A stretch of 63,964 nucleotides of DNA, filler included, from Sluysia triapertura (taxonomy: Eukaryota), in the NCBI GenBank assembly GCA_046118255.1. It is 5 parts of 5 records of this genome, joined end to end, with 100 filler letters (N's around TTAATTAATTAA, not from the genome) between each part and the next. Parts side by side here need not be neighbours in the genome. Positions count along the whole stretch, not along the records: positions 1 to 13,475 come from JBJNIA010038368.1; positions 13,576 to 26,542 come from JBJNIA010068399.1; 3 more parts are not named here. One strand, written 5' to 3'. Positions 12,373 through 26,642 of the stretch are shown one piece after another. A model generated the notes under the pieces. It was not told the DNA's origin. It saw nothing but the letters and a program-made list of their open reading frames with translations, and ran no database searches. The translations under genes and the position numbers were made by a program. Within the stretch, counting starts at the first letter, position 1. Every line of letters starts with the position of its first letter.

Positions 12373-13271
12373 TGTAAGATTTAACAGCGCCTTTTGCTGT
12401 GCCTTTTACAGTGCCTTTTACAACGATTCGGAAAGCACCCTAAGAGTTGACTATTCATTTGTTGATATTTTTACATTTATTTTTCTTTTGTTAAATCTCT
12501 TTTTGTTTCATTATTTATATACAATGTTGATGTAATTTGCAAGTGTTCTGTTCTAAAAAGAAACTACTTTCAAAAAGATTATCTTTTGGAGGCGAGCTCG
12601 GCTAATTAGAGACGATTTATGTCACTAGCTGATTAGTCTTTAAGGCCAGAGAAGTAGTGATCACTTATAAGCAAAACAATTAATCTCATTACGATTGATA
12701 TTAAGTGTATTATAAACGTGAAATTATCTTTCCTTTTTAGTCTCGAAATTTAGTGATTACACTCTAATTTAGTGATTAAACCAGCCTTTGTATGGTCTGG
12801 TAATTATATAAGAGATTTTAGAATTTAAACCAGCCTGTTATGGTCTGATTTATACGAACTGTATTTTAAAATTAATTAAAAACAATGTGTCTTAAAACTT
12901 TTATTATATACAAATAAATCAGTCGGTTACAAATTAACTTTATACTAATAATAACAATAAGCAATTTAGTATCTTAAACTTACTGTTTAGATACGAAAAT
13001 ATGTGAATTTTAAAAATGATTTTAACCTATCCGTTTACGGTATAGGATAATGTGTTAAAGTTTACGCGGATTGTAATATTCTACCGTTTAAGGTTAGAAT
13101 TATGAAACCTATGTAATAAAAAGTTATTATGCATAGAAAGAATTTTCCTGAAAAAATCGTTTATTTCTCGATTGCTCTTCTGTTATCTAGATCTTGTACT
13201 GCTTTTTCAATCCTAAGATCTGTGTGTGTTTTTGGTTCTAAAATTTAAGTCTCCATATACTAATTCTTACT
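12373..13271. mobile_element. Candidate solo LTR (~0.9 kb)
   Basis: Begins TGTAAGATTTA and ends TAATTCTTACT (11-bp imperfect inverted repeat). Internal short duplications (gtgccttttaca x2; aaccagcct...tatggtctg x2). No clean TSD. Confidence 0.4.
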
Positions 13272-13410
13272 TCCTTGTTTATATTTTGACCAATAAATTA
13301 ATTATTTAATTTGTTAAAACAAAATATGTTTTTGATTTATTGTTGGGGCAAAAAGGCCTAAAAAGTGCCAAGTAGTATAATTGAATATATTGAAAATGGA
13401 AAAGTTAGAC

Positions 13411-13475
13411 GGGGCTGATAGCTCAGTGGTAGAGCAGTCGGACTGCGCAGACGATGGTCCCGGGTTCGATCCCCG
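13411..13475 (+). tRNA. tRNA-like sequence (tRNA pseudogene or tRNA-derived SINE head), cut off by the scaffold end
   Basis: GGGGCTGATAGCTCAGTGGTAGAGC (D arm/A box) and CGGGTTCGATCCCCG (T arm/B box). The anticodon stem pairs poorly and the 3' end is lost in Ns. Confidence 0.65.
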
Positions 13476-13575
13476 NNNNNNNNNNNNNNNNNNNNNNNNN
13501 NNNNNNNNNNNNNNNNNNNTTAATTAATTAANNNNNNNNNNNNNNNNNNNNNNNNNNNNNNNNNNNNNNNNNNNN
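13476..13575. other. Artificial 100-nt scaffold linker N44-TTAATTAATTAA-N44
   Basis: The 12-mer has stop codons in all six frames. An identical structure occurs four times in the window. Confidence 0.95.
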
Positions 13576-13577
13576 AT

Positions 13578-13721
13578 AACAAGCTAGGTGATAGGTTGTA
13601 TACTGTTTATGTCTCAAAAATATACAACCAGTTACCAGAGAATGTCAAATTGTTGGAAGATTATGAAATATTTAAGAAAAAAGCAAAGTTCTTTCTGTTT
13701 CAAAAATATTATGACGAATGA
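13578..13721 (+). mobile_element. 3' end of a non-LTR retrotransposon ORF2 (CR1/L2/Jockey-like)
   Basis: NKLGDRLYTVYVSKIYNQLPENVKLLEDYEIFKKKAKFFLFQKYYDE* fits the LINE C-terminal pattern GxRxFxxxxPKxWNxLPxxIK...FKxxLKxxL. Confidence 0.7.
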
Positions 13722-14639
13722 TTTACCTTCAGTGTTTTTGAGTACTTACGCAGTAGATATGAGAGCAATGTAAATTAATATATTATTATCATTATTAAAT
13801 ATTTTTTAAATTAATAATTAAAATAATTAATATTTTTCATTAATTTAATATTAATTAAATCAATAAAAATTATTTTATTAAAAAAGTATTCAAATTTATT
13901 CAGATAAAAATAAATATTAATATTTGATGTGTGTTTGTTTTTCAATTTAAATAATTTTGTTTACTTTAATATCAAGTGTTTCTTTATTTTTTCCTGAATT
14001 TCAAGAAACATTTTTCTTTTATTTTTTCTTACATCTACTTTTTTATTTATTTTTCAAATATTTTACAAAATTAATTTGACTAAATTTAAAATTAAGTTTA
14101 AATTTGAAAATTATGAAAAAATATCTATTCTCCAATATAGATTTTTAATATTTTCAAATATAACATAGTATAAATTTATAAAATCTTAAAATATAACCTA
14201 AAATAAGAAATGACCTTGTAAAATTAATAATTTTATTAATATTTAATAATTAAAATAATTAATTATTTAAAATTAACAAAAATTATTATACAATATTTAT
14301 TATCTCTAATAAAAATATGCATAGGAATAATTTAATAAATATTTAAAAATTTATTAAAACCGATTTAAAATTTAATAGAAATCATATGAAAAGGAGAACA
14401 CTAAAAACAGCATTAACATGCAATTAGTTATTTAAATAAATATTTTATGAGCTTTCTTTGGATGTTTAAGTTGACTTCATGAGTTTAAATTCACTTCATA
14501 TGGGCAATATTCCTATGCATATTTTTATGTATCTTCGATAATTTTATTTATGTCATCAACTATAATTTCATTTCCACTAATTTCTTAGTTACCTTCTTCT
14601 GTATGAATTACTATTGGATTTTGTTCTATCCTTTGAGAA

Positions 14640-14870
14640 TTCATTTCTAAAATTTTTTAAAAAATTTTTGCTTCTATAGTCATTTTTATTTGATTGAACA
14701 AAACCTCATTACTGTAACTAATTTAGTAACAGATATTAGTATATTTTGTTTATAATCTTATTTGAAAACATAAGTTTTTCTATAAATACATTTTTTTAAA
14801 CTTCTAATAATTCCAGCGTCTAAAGGTTGAATAAGTGTTAGATTGTAGAAACATCAGTTTAATATTAATC
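14640..14870 (-). mobile_element. Tigger/pogo transposase remnant
   Basis: FLQSN-(frameshift)-TLIQPLDAGIIRSLKK matches the DDE_1 motif FLPPNTTSxxQPLDxGIIxSFK. Confidence 0.7.
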
Positions 14871-16279
14871 CTCTATGGGCTCATGTAACTTTCAGGTCAC
14901 AAGCTAATATATCCACATTTTACGAAATAGTTTTAGTTCTTTCACAAGATGATATAACAATTTTGATGACGCTTGGCAGCATCATCAATATGAAATGTTA
15001 AACTAAATATTTTTTATATCTATGGAAAAATTTGGCACGTGGATGAGACTGCCTACTTAATTTAACTTTTTAGACTTAAGTTACCACTAAAAATAAATGA
15101 TAAAAATGATAAAAACTTTCATATTTTATGAGAAAATGGAATAAAATTGTTAAATATATTAAAAATTGAATTTGCGTCTTGGTATTTTATGTTATGTATA
15201 TTATTTGGTGACTTGATAAATGTGTTAGATTGGGTTGAAATGTTTTATAACATTTTGCTTCTGGTAAAGGTGTTGGATTTTGTTGAGGTTTGCTCGTGAT
15301 TATGTTGATGATGCACGTGTCAGTCTTAGGCTTACCATACTAGATAAAGTGATGCATCTATAGCAATTTATTTTCATCTAATGTTTGACAAATTTTGTGA
15401 AGCTGCATTTTCAAGTCAATTTTTATAATATTATATTTTATACAGGTTTATAATTATAAATAATTAATTTAATTTTGACAAAAGTTATTTTGGTTTTATT
15501 GAAAATTATTAATTATGAATTATGAAATCTAAAATTTCTGTCAAGTAATAAAATATACGATGATTCATATAATTATTATATTTTTTAAGCAGCTGTAGAA
15601 GTGTTCATTTTGTTTACTCGGACGAGAACTTTAAGAAATTGATTCACTTGACTATTTATGAGCATTTTGAACAAAATATTAAAGTGGTAACATTAAAAAA
15701 CATTATAAATAACTCGTAACTTTACATCTTTAAAAACCAATATATATCTTACCATTCTTCCTTAATATATAAATTTTTAGGAAATCCAGCTTTAATAGAT
15801 CTAGAGAATATTAAAGCCATTCTGCAGCTTTCATTAAAACAATTTGATTTTGATTTTTTATTTTCATTTGATTTGAAATTTTAATGTTTTTTCATATTCA
15901 ATTTTTAGTATCATCAATTTCTAATTCCTTATTAGAAGAAATAATTTTTGAATTAATCTCTTTCACGAAATATAATTCATGATAATGGTAAATTATCTTC
16001 ATCTATTAATTTACAAATTTCAACGATTTTTATTAGCAATTTATTGTTTTTTTCTTAGTGCTTATATTTATTTATAATAGTTTCTATACTAGTCGATTCA
16101 TTCAATATTTCTTTCATTTTTAAATATTATTTATTAAATACAATATAGGCCTGTACTTATAGCATGCTATTCACTACAGCAAACTTAATTAAAAGTCCCT
16201 TGTTATTTTAAATACAATTGTTTATACAAAGTGTAAGTTCAAATATTTCAAAATAAATCAATTTTCCACAAATCAAATT

Positions 16280-16650
16280 TATTGAGTTTTTGCATAAGTT
16301 TCTGCCGTTTTTTAAACATTTATTTTCAAAGAAATCAAAGTTGGCGTGTAATTGTCCCGAAATCATAATTCATCTGTATGTTTGGCGGCCATCTTCTTTC
16401 AAAATATTCTCGAGTTGGTACTCGTCCATCTCAACTGGTCTTTCGGAACGAGGAGCGTTGTTAAGGTCAAAATTATCGTGTCTGAACCTGGCAAACCAAT
16501 CCCGAGCAGTTCTCTCAGCTACAGTGACCTCTTCATACACTGCATAAATATCTCTGGTAGCTTCACTCGCTTTTTGACTTCTGTTAAAGGTGAAATGAAG
16601 GAGGTGTCAAAATGCGATTTTTTGTCGACTTTACAATCCATTTGACGTTT
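16280..16650 (-). mobile_element. Internally deleted mariner element (N-terminal HTH plus 3' TIR)
   Basis: ATG at 16641: MDCKVDKKSHF/HLLHFTFNRSQKASEATRDIYAVYEEVTVAERTARDWFARFRHDNFDLNNAPRSERPVEMDE (one frameshift), matching mariner WFxRF...D.PRSGRP. TIR-like TA|TTGAGTTTTTGCATAAGTTTCTGCCGTTTTTT at 16280-16313. The 5' TIR was not found. Confidence 0.9.
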
Positions 16651-19600
16651 CTAAAAAAAGAGAAAAATATATTAGTACGTGCTTTCAAAAAGTATTTGTA
16701 GAACAAATAGTTTCATATGACGGCGAAAAATTAAAATTATTAAAAATTTACTTAAGAGAATAATCTTTCTAAGTTGACAAAAGTAAATTATTCAGCGAAA
16801 GTACATGTAAACTGATTTATGAAGATGTCAGGTAAGCAAGACAGATCTATTCAAAATAGAAAATATCAAAAGCAATCAAAAGATTATTGGGAATAAAAAT
16901 TAAATACGATAATTGGAAATAGTAATGCAATGGTAAAGACCTAATTCCGGATAAATGTTCAGTTGAAAGTATAAAATATAAAATATGAAAACAATTTAAT
17001 ATAAAATTAAAGAATCGTTTAATTTTACACCAAGTTCCAAAATTCAAAGAATTAACAATACATCTACTGAAATCATGGCGATATATTAATAATGTATGTT
17101 TAATATAATAAATGCAAAATTTGTATATAAAATTTAACAATAAATACTTAATAAAAATTTTGCTTGAAATTTTACTATATTTTATTAAATATTATAAAAA
17201 AATATAATATATTTATTTTATATTATTATATATTATTATATTATTATATATATTGATTTTATTTTGTTGCATATTTTATTTTATTTTTAATATTATTTTA
17301 TTGTATAAATATTTTATTATATATTTATTTTATTTTTTATTTCATATTTCAAAGTAAATAAATATTTATTTCAAAAATAAATTAATTATTAAGAAAATCT
17401 TAATTATGAATTTTTGTTTAAACTCAAAGTTCGACTAATTAACTCAATTAAAATATTATTTTAATATTTTACTTATTTTGAAATTTATTCTTATTTTTTT
17501 GTTTTATTTTATATGGTTTAGAAAATACAATGAAAAATAATATTAATAATAATAGATAATTATATTGCTACTTAAATTAGGTTAAGGTTACCAAAACTTT
17601 TAGAATCGTAAAAGTTTGGTATTCAAATGAATTTTTTATTTTTGTTTTAACTGATAACATTTTATTTAACTTTAATTATGAAATATTTTCGTAATTTGTA
17701 CACAATAAAATGATACAAACGGTAAAAGAATTGTTTAACTTATTTATTAAAAAGTTGTATCATATTTCATTTTCTGTTGAAGATAAATATTAAACAATCT
17801 TTTATTAATTTAAAATTATGTAAAAATTTTTGATTTTTATAAAAATTTTGAAATTTTTGCACTGAAAATCGTTATAAGTAATACAATATAAATATTTGGT
17901 TCAAGATTATTCATGAAAGTTAAAATAGTAGTACGTATACAGAAATAAGCGAAGGTGAAAAGAACATTTTAGACTAGTTGCTGGTTTAACCTAAAATAAC
18001 TCTGTGTGATATTTATAGCTTCAATTAAGACTCTCGTAGTTTTTGAGTATTTTATTCCAAAGATCAAAGCAAATTTTAAAGCATTTTTCAGCTTTTACAC
18101 TTGTAAATTGTGCAAACATGATGAAACACCAATAAAATCATAGTCATCGTTGTCTAAAAGATCTGTTAATCAATATCCAATTAAATATAAAAACATTATT
18201 TCAACTTTGTGAATATAATGCTAATCTATAATTAAACCTTTGATTAATTTAATTTTTATTTAATAAATTAAATAAATTTTATCATTATAATTTTTACAAT
18301 TTTATCATCAGTTCGAAAACATACAATATCATTAAACACAAATCATGTTCAATCATAAATTTTGTAACTTTACATTTTACATATTACATTTCTGCTTATA
18401 CATTTAATATCATGTTTATATATTTAAGGATCGCCATGCTACATTATTTTAATTATGTAATCGAAGAAAAGTACGTGTCGCACATATTGCTGAAGATTTA
18501 TCAGAACCAAATTCTTCTCCAAAAGGAACTATAGCATCGTTACAAACTTCAAAGAAAAAACTATTCTGACATTATTCAATGATGAATTAAAACTCCTTAT
18601 ATGAATGTACATAAATTCGATTAATGGGTATTATGGTTAAAATAAACCTTAACTCTCCTTATAAACCATTAATTTTTGTAAAATATTTTGTTTTAATTTA
18701 TTTGTACAAAGACAAAAAAGAACTAACAAGTATTACTTAGAATGTAATTTCAATACAACTCATGGGATTTATTTTACGAAGATTTTACAACAAAGAAACA
18801 TCTAAACTTAAGTTCTCGTACATTTTTCAGTTAATCAAAATTCTATCAATGATTATTGCAATTTATATCAAATATTCACTGATAAGTCTAAGTCCACATT
18901 CAACAATAGCAGTGTTAATATCATTATCCGTAACAGTGATGTTCTCATTAGTTTGCCAAGCTACATAAACTAGATTCCTGCATGTTTAATAAAACCGACT
19001 CGGCTTAATTCCTATTCATTCAAAATAGTAATTTCAACTTTAGTATATCACATTCGGTCATATTTTCTGAATATTTAGTTTTTATAACTATTACGCTTGA
19101 TCTACGTGCTTACTGACCCAATACCAACACCAACATAAGCCCAGAAATATGGTGTCATGCAGAAAATAAATTAATTGCTTAATTTGATTATTTTATTTAA
19201 ATGTTTTGTTTAATTATTCATTGTTCATATCTACCCAATCAGTATGTAACTTAAAAATGTAATAGAGACATTAATAATAAGGTAAATTTGTACTTTAAAT
19301 ATGTAAGATTAAATATAGAAGTTAAAATTATATATATTCATTTTTTCATTCAAGATAAATAGTCTATTTGATTAATATTTTCATAGTTTAAAATAAATAT
19401 TGGAAATAATTAATTTTCAGTCACTTTTTGCGTCGAACTGTTTTCGAATATAAATTTTTGCTATTACTTCTATAATGTATTAAAAGCTAGAATTATCGAT
19501 AAACTGCATAAAAGATCTAAAATACAAATATCTTTATTATTTAATTGTCACCAATAGATTGTTTGCTAATTTTAATAAATTACAAACACGATCAATTCTA

Positions 19601-22600
19601 AATGAACCAATGTATTTAAAAACTTACTTTCAAGTACAACAAATACAATTAACGTATTTAGAAATATTTTCTACATATTAATATTAGCAGTAAATTATAA
19701 ATTATATGTAAAATGAACATATGTTGTTTATTAATTTATTAATTTTATTAATTTTAATGGAAAATTAAAATAACGTTTTAAAATTGTCCTATAATAAATA
19801 TATTTTACATTAAATGTACTGTTTTACTAAAAGAATACAACCTTAATATAAATTATTAAGAAAACTAAAATTAAGTTGATTTATAAAACAAATTATCAAA
19901 ATTTATTTAAGAGTCTTAATAGATTTTTGCTTTTCGAGTTGTTGCTTCTAGTAAAACACTAATCAATTATCTATTAGTTAAATTTCATGTAAACACTTTA
20001 GATATTTTTGTCATTATTATTTACATAAAATATAATTTAGTTATAAAACAAATTAATATCTAAACAATAGATTTAAACAAGGATGTATTAAAATTTGAAA
20101 ATTTAATTAAATAAAATTTTATACATTTGTCATATCAGTCTTATAGAAACAATAATAAATTTTTATTACTTTATTTTAAAACAATTTTGCTTTTGGATTT
20201 CTTTTGTTTTATTGCATTTATGTAATATTTTAATAATATTTAAATAATACATCAAATGAAACACAAATAAAATTGAAGACAAAGACATTTACAAAAGTTA
20301 GACTAACACAATCTGCCTTTTGAGTTTCATCAGCTTTTATCATAACTCTACATCTCTTGCATTTGCCATGTTCTACTACTTCTGCTTTAACGTATCTAAC
20401 TTGAACCTTAAACCTAGAGATTTCCATTGTCTTTTCTTCTTTTCTTCTTTAAATGTTGAACTAACTGAGAAAAGCTTGATGATCATACATTAATACCAGC
20501 CTTGTATCCAACTTATTCAGCTTTTTCAAAAACGGAATATTTGTAATATCTTTCAATTTAAAACTAATTGTATAACATGAGAATTGTCAGATAGTTTTAA
20601 AAAGTTGATTGTGTAATATTATTTCAATTTTTCATTGTACTAATCTTTATTATTATAATTTTCATTATACTGATCTCTCTAATCATATATTAATTTATTG
20701 CAACCGATAGCATTTTAAAATGCATCTAGGCCTTGATATTTGGCCGTTTAAAAGTTTTTTATTTTTATTTTTATTATTATTTATTATATTACACGAATAA
20801 TAAAGGCATTAAATTACACTAATACACAATTCCAAAAATTCATATTCAAAACTTCATAAAATATTGGTTTAAATTTATTTATCGAAGCAAAAAGCAACAA
20901 ATAAACATAGCAAATAAAGTTTTTCTTGTACGTAACTCAACAAAAATTAATTTAATTAAACATAAACATTAAGTCAATTATCATGTTTCTTCAGCAACAA
21001 AAACACCACAGTTTAACTATTCATTATTAAAGTTATAAAATGGAAAATATCAAATAATTTATTTTCTATATGTCATTCAAAAAGAAGTTGTTTTTACATA
21101 AATAATTATGAATGTTTCATTTAATTTGAAAATGAAATGTTAATTTTTATACGAAATGTGAAGTGTTAAAGACCGATAATGATCTGTTGAATGAAATTAT
21201 TTAATACAACGTTATTATTGAATTTTTTACTGAATAACCTTGTGACTTAATTGATTGTAAAGATTGTAAAATATAGAATATACGAAAAACAGTTTTATGG
21301 TCTGAATAAATGTGATTTAGGTTAGGAATTTTGTTTAAAATGTTATGAGTTACCTTTTTATTGTAGTAAAATTAGACTTCGTGAACGGAGTCACCACAAT
21401 CTGATTATGGCCTTTTCTTATCATGTGAATATAATATAAGTTTAAAAATTTAGAACATACTGATGCAATATGTCAAACAATTTTTGAAGTGAAATTTAAG
21501 GATTCGAATACATTTATATAAAAGTGGAAAATTCTTTTGATACCAGCTTAGTATATACTTCATGAATTATTAGTAATTATCTGACTGTTTTATATAAAGA
21601 ATGTATAAAAAGTAATAATAGAAATAAAATTAAAATTAAATTGTTTATTCATAAAACATAAATGCTGCGAAGTATGACTAATAAATATGAAGTATTCGGA
21701 CCTATATACCTAGATATCTAAACGCGTGTTCAGTGGGTTCTAAAAATTAAAAACTTAAGTATAATTAATTGTTAAAAATGTTAAATTAAACCATTTTAAT
21801 GAAAAAGTATTTGCATTTGAGTCCTATATTAAAGAGTTCCTTGCAATAGACGAGATACAGATTTTATTAAACTGTATTTACAAAATAATATGCGAAATGT
21901 GAAATCTGCAGACATTATAATTAATTATAAAAATGAAAAAAAATGAAGTATTTTCCTGTAATTAAATTAAAATTAAAGTAGCTATTCGTTCGAGAAATAT
22001 AAGGATAAGAGAATGGTTTTTGGAAAAAATTAAATTTTATAATAAACATGTTAATGTTCATGTAAAATACTTTTAATAATCAGTTTAACAAAAACAAACA
22101 AGCTTAATAAATTTTATTTTAATGCTTTAAAAACTAAATAATCTTATTTTTTTTATTAAATTTATTAATTTGTAAATAATAGGAACATTGATCAAATAAT
22201 TGTGAGTAGTTTTATTTTACAGAAGTAATCTGGATTATTTAAGAAACAGCGAAAATATGCAAAAGTAATGTTAAAGTTGACGTTTTTTGACCCATTGTAA
22301 CCAGTGTATGATGTTGGTGTTATCAAAATGATAGATACAGAAGCTATGAAAATTGTATTAAGGCAATTTTTCGTAAATTGAGTTTGTGCAGACTAATCCG
22401 AGATACTATAAAGTTTGTTTCGTAAATGTTTGTAAAGTCAAATCTCCGAGGTTGCTATAAAAAGAAAAATTTTATGGCCACACAATTATACTACAAATAT
22501 AGATCGATAATCCAGTGTAAGAACTTTGTAAAAATGAAAGTGTTTTTCGAATATATTTTACATCTAATTACCTCAAGTATGCAAATATTTAGGCATATAT

Positions 22601-23764
22601 GGGCCTTAGAAATTAATTAAATAACTTTAAATAATTATTGACAAACATTAACTTTATTTATTTTTGTAATTATCAATTGATTCTTTTATCAAACTATGCT
22701 TAAACTTAATAAAATAAATAAAACTACATCAGACAAATTTTTATCCAATACTTTAACTGGTTATCGTGCATCACTTTGTCGGCATTCTTAGTATATATTT
22801 TCATTTCAATATTTTATCAAAATGAAGTTTTTATATCCAAAAACGTCATCTTAACACAGTGTTTCATTGTTTTCCTTTAAGAAATTTTCAATAGCCAATT
22901 TTAGATGAAATTTTATAATTTATTTATCATCAATAATTCTTGTCGTAATTTGTTTCTTAAAAAATAAATGTATAATCGATTTTGGTTTTATTAAACTCAA
23001 CGTCGACTCACATTCCAGTTTTATGTTCCAAGTTTAGTTAAGTTAGTTAAGTAAGACCTTAAGTTAGATAATAATTGCTCATTCATCGTCCGTAGTCGTA
23101 CTTCATTTCATGCTCATTGGTCTCATTGTTGGTTTATGTTTTAGCTTTGCCCTTACTGATTGATTTTTAACTTAACCTTAAACGTAATTCTAGCTTTAAT
23201 TTGATCTTTGATTATAATTTAAACTTTAATTTTAATTCAGACTTTATTTTAAATTTAGACTTTACATTCAAATCGTAGAATTAAAAGTGAATAACCCTAA
23301 ATAGTTCATAATAAAAATAACCACTCCACAATTTATTCGGAATCACAATTAGCAACACATAACCTCTCGAGGCACGCTTCCTTAGAACGGGGAAGTAACT
23401 CGATCCTTAATGTGTAATTCATTCAAAAGTTCGTGGCATGAATATAGTACAAGACATATTGTTTCCAGAATTTTCAGGCTTCGTCACGAGCTTCGGCCTC
23501 ACACTTATATTACCTAATATATCACAATACACAGTAATAGGACAATTTGTGCAAGGATTAAATCTTGCAATTTTCGTATGATAATTGCTGTAATAATAGT
23601 CAATCGCAACGACTGTCATAGGGTCCTTTGAATAACGATCGCTATATTAGATTCATCAGCAACATTTCCACTACAACGTTGTTAACATTTTTACACTAAA
23701 ATTTTTTCTGTCACAAAAATAATAATATTAACACTAGCAATGCTAATAATGATAATATTATTGT

Positions 23765-23905
23765 GCCTTTGATGCATTTTCTTTACAACACTTCACATCT
23801 TTCTTGGGTGTCTATAATTTGATTCCCTCAGAGCAATAAATTGATCCTTAAAATGTTGACATTCATCTGAAGTAATGGAATCAGGCATTTCGTGTCATAA
23901 ACAAT
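23765..23905 (-). mobile_element. Gypsy-type integrase core remnant
   Basis: HEMPDSITSDECQHFKDQF...HPRKM*SVVKKMHQ resembles GxPxSITSDxGxQF...HPQSNGxVERxH. Confidence 0.45.
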
Positions 23906-23948
23906 TGTTTTTATATATAATAATGATAATGTAAAAATTATTTGATTA

Positions 23949-25159
23949 TGCTGGGTGTTTTTCTTAACATAAAAACCTAACCTACAGCAAAACAATTAAT
24001 TATTATGAGTCCGTTTACAATATACGATTTACTAATGGCGTACCTGTAAAATTACGTGAAAGCAATTATCAAAATTAATCGTACAAAAATATTCCTTGTC
24101 TTAACTTGACAATAATGGGTAAAAATAATCAAGACCAACGATAGTTTGTGGAAAATCAAATGATAAACAATGGTAATGTCTTTATGTCTCCAAATCCTAA
24201 TATAATAACCGTAAAATTTTATAGTTCTTATCTTAATTACGAATAACTACAAAATTAAAAGGCTGTGGAATCTAAATTAACTATACGTGTACATTAGAAG
24301 ACAACTCACAAATTTACAAAATTTTTAATAACTTTTATTATACAAAAAATAAAATGCAATTGATACAAATTAATATGATAAACAATTAAGACTATCAAAT
24401 ACTGTAAAATAATATAAAATAATACAAAAATTATAATAAAAATAATATTTGAATTATAATTAGGGTCTAGCCCAAAAGACTCTACCCTGCAATAGTGATT
24501 TTGTAATTGACCTTAAGGGCCAACTAAAGATTCGAGATTTTAGATTTTAGTTAGGTTTTGTGATTGGACTTAATGACCAACCGTGAAAAAGAGTATTTTA
24601 AGTATATTTTATAACTCATTGTGAAGTTAACAACTTATATAAACCAAACTTACGAATTTTAATTAATCAAAATTTTCGAGAATATTGTCCAAAATCGATC
24701 TGCCAAATGTAATTATTGCTGCTGTAGATGTGTTACCCCTCTAATCGAAGACACGGGGATCACACAATAATTGTGAGAAGAAATTAATAATGGATTTGTT
24801 GAAACTGGATGATACCACAAATTCACTTGTTGATAAAATGGAGCGCTGATTTCCTTGTTGTCTCTTTCTTTATTTGATAATGGCGTCTAATTTTTAATGA
24901 TGGCGATTGCTTTATTTGTGACTGTCTTTATACATTCATAGAGACATTTTTGAAATTTGATGCATTTAAATAAACTTCTTTCTAGAAGTTTCTTTTTATG
25001 TGTCTTTTAAATTGTAATAATAATAATTTTAATTTAATTATAATTAAATTAATAATTTTTTGAATGATATAAATTTTAATAATTACTTATAATATTTTTG
25101 TATTTTAAAAAATCATAAAAATATAAAATGTAAAATATAAAATTATGTACACCTTTACA
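23949..25159 (-). mobile_element. Solo LTR (~1.2 kb), same family as 48846-49975
   Basis: Ends TGCTGGGTGTTTTTCTTAACA and TACACCTTTACA are shared with the second copy. Collinear internal blocks: ttactaatggcgta.ctgtaaaattac, ctagccc.aagactc, gattttgtaattgacc, taatgaccaaccg. Confidence 0.75.
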
Positions 25160-25599
25160 CATTTTATTTTTTCGCGGACACCTACCACTTGGCCCTTACA
25201 AAATAAAAGCAAATAATTATAACATTTATTATTTAAAAACCCTCACATTAGCAGTACTGATGAATTTCATCATTACACTTTCTTAAAAGTATTATAATCA
25301 AAACAATTTTTAGTTAAATTAATTAATGCTTAAATTTTATTATTTTTGCGTGGAAGGCCTTATAAAGGGTTCTTTATTCGTATCTTTCTTTGCTTTTATT
25401 TTAATTTAAATACTTTATAAATATATCTAATTAACAAATATAATCCATCGTATCAATTTTTTTATTATTTTACTAATACTTTTAATATTATATATATTGA
25501 ATCAAAAAGACTTATGGATGAAATCATCTGTCAGGTCTCGACTCAAATTAAAATAAAAAATAAAATTTATCTTAATTTAATAATGACATTAAATAAAGA

Positions 25600-26542
25600 G
25601 TTTAAATTTGATTTGTAATTTTAATATTTATTTGGGTCATTTAACATGTTTATGTGGAATAATTAAGTAACTGTTAAATGAGGAATTTTATGTTAAAATT
25701 CTAAATGTGTATGTGTTTGTTTTAAGGAGATCATCCGAGTTCATGCAAGGAAAGCCTCTATATTAATTAATTTTAATTAAAAAATGCCGATTTTTTCATA
25801 TTTAGAATGATGAACAGATAATGAGGTGAATATGAAATGATTGTTATAAAAGAAATGAATCCGAAAGTGAGGTTGAAATATATGTGAAATGGTTTGTTTG
25901 GGAATGGAACCTTAAACATTTTCTATTAGAAAATTGAGTGTGATGAATTGAAAATTAATTAAATTACAAAATTAAAGTTAAATTCATCATTTTAAGCGCG
26001 TCAATAATAATTCTTATTTTAATGTAAGAAATGATTCATGAAAAAATAGATAAGAAAAAGATAGAATAAAAGGAAAAATAAGAGTTGATTGTTAATCGAA
26101 TTTTTATGTTCTGCTTGACAGGTTATATCATGTAAGTGTCAAAGGCATTATGATCGGTTTAATCTTTAAAGGATTTATGTAAGAGTAATTCCTGATTGTG
26201 AATGTGGGAATGATTGGATGACATAAGTATAAAATAGAACATTTAGGAATTTTTATAACAGATAAAAAACAACATTTTAAAGAAGACAACATTTATTAAG
26301 AAGATCCATGTTTTGGGTAATATTTTAAATTTTACTTTTTTTAAATAAATATTAATTTAATTAAAATAAATTATACATTTTATTTTATGGATTTCTCTTT
26401 ACTATTTTAACTCGCAACATTCAGATTTCAATACTTATACATTTTTAGGGAATTCCCGTTACTATTTTAGATTTTAAAACAAATACATTTTATTTTAGGG
26501 ATTTCCTTTTATTCATTTAACTTGTAATATTCATATAAGATA
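25600..26542 (-). repeat. Inverted copy of the 8480-9400 repeat
   Basis: gagttcatgcaag (25737) and aagatccatg (26301) are reverse complements of blocks at 9251 and 8698. Confidence 0.65.
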
Positions 26543-26642
26543 NNNNNNNNNNNNNNNNNNNNNNNNNNNNNNNNNNNNNNNNNNNNTTAATTAATTAANN
26601 NNNNNNNNNNNNNNNNNNNNNNNNNNNNNNNNNNNNNNNNNN
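26543..26642. other. Artificial 100-nt scaffold linker
   Basis: N44-TTAATTAATTAA-N44. Confidence 0.95.

Noticed and set aside
13411-13721. SINE made of a tRNA head and a LINE tail
   Set aside because: The two parts are on different scaffolds, separated by an artificial linker.
16290-16645. Plus-strand ORFs of 85 and 97 aa
   Set aside because: They are antisense shadows of the mariner transposase fragment.
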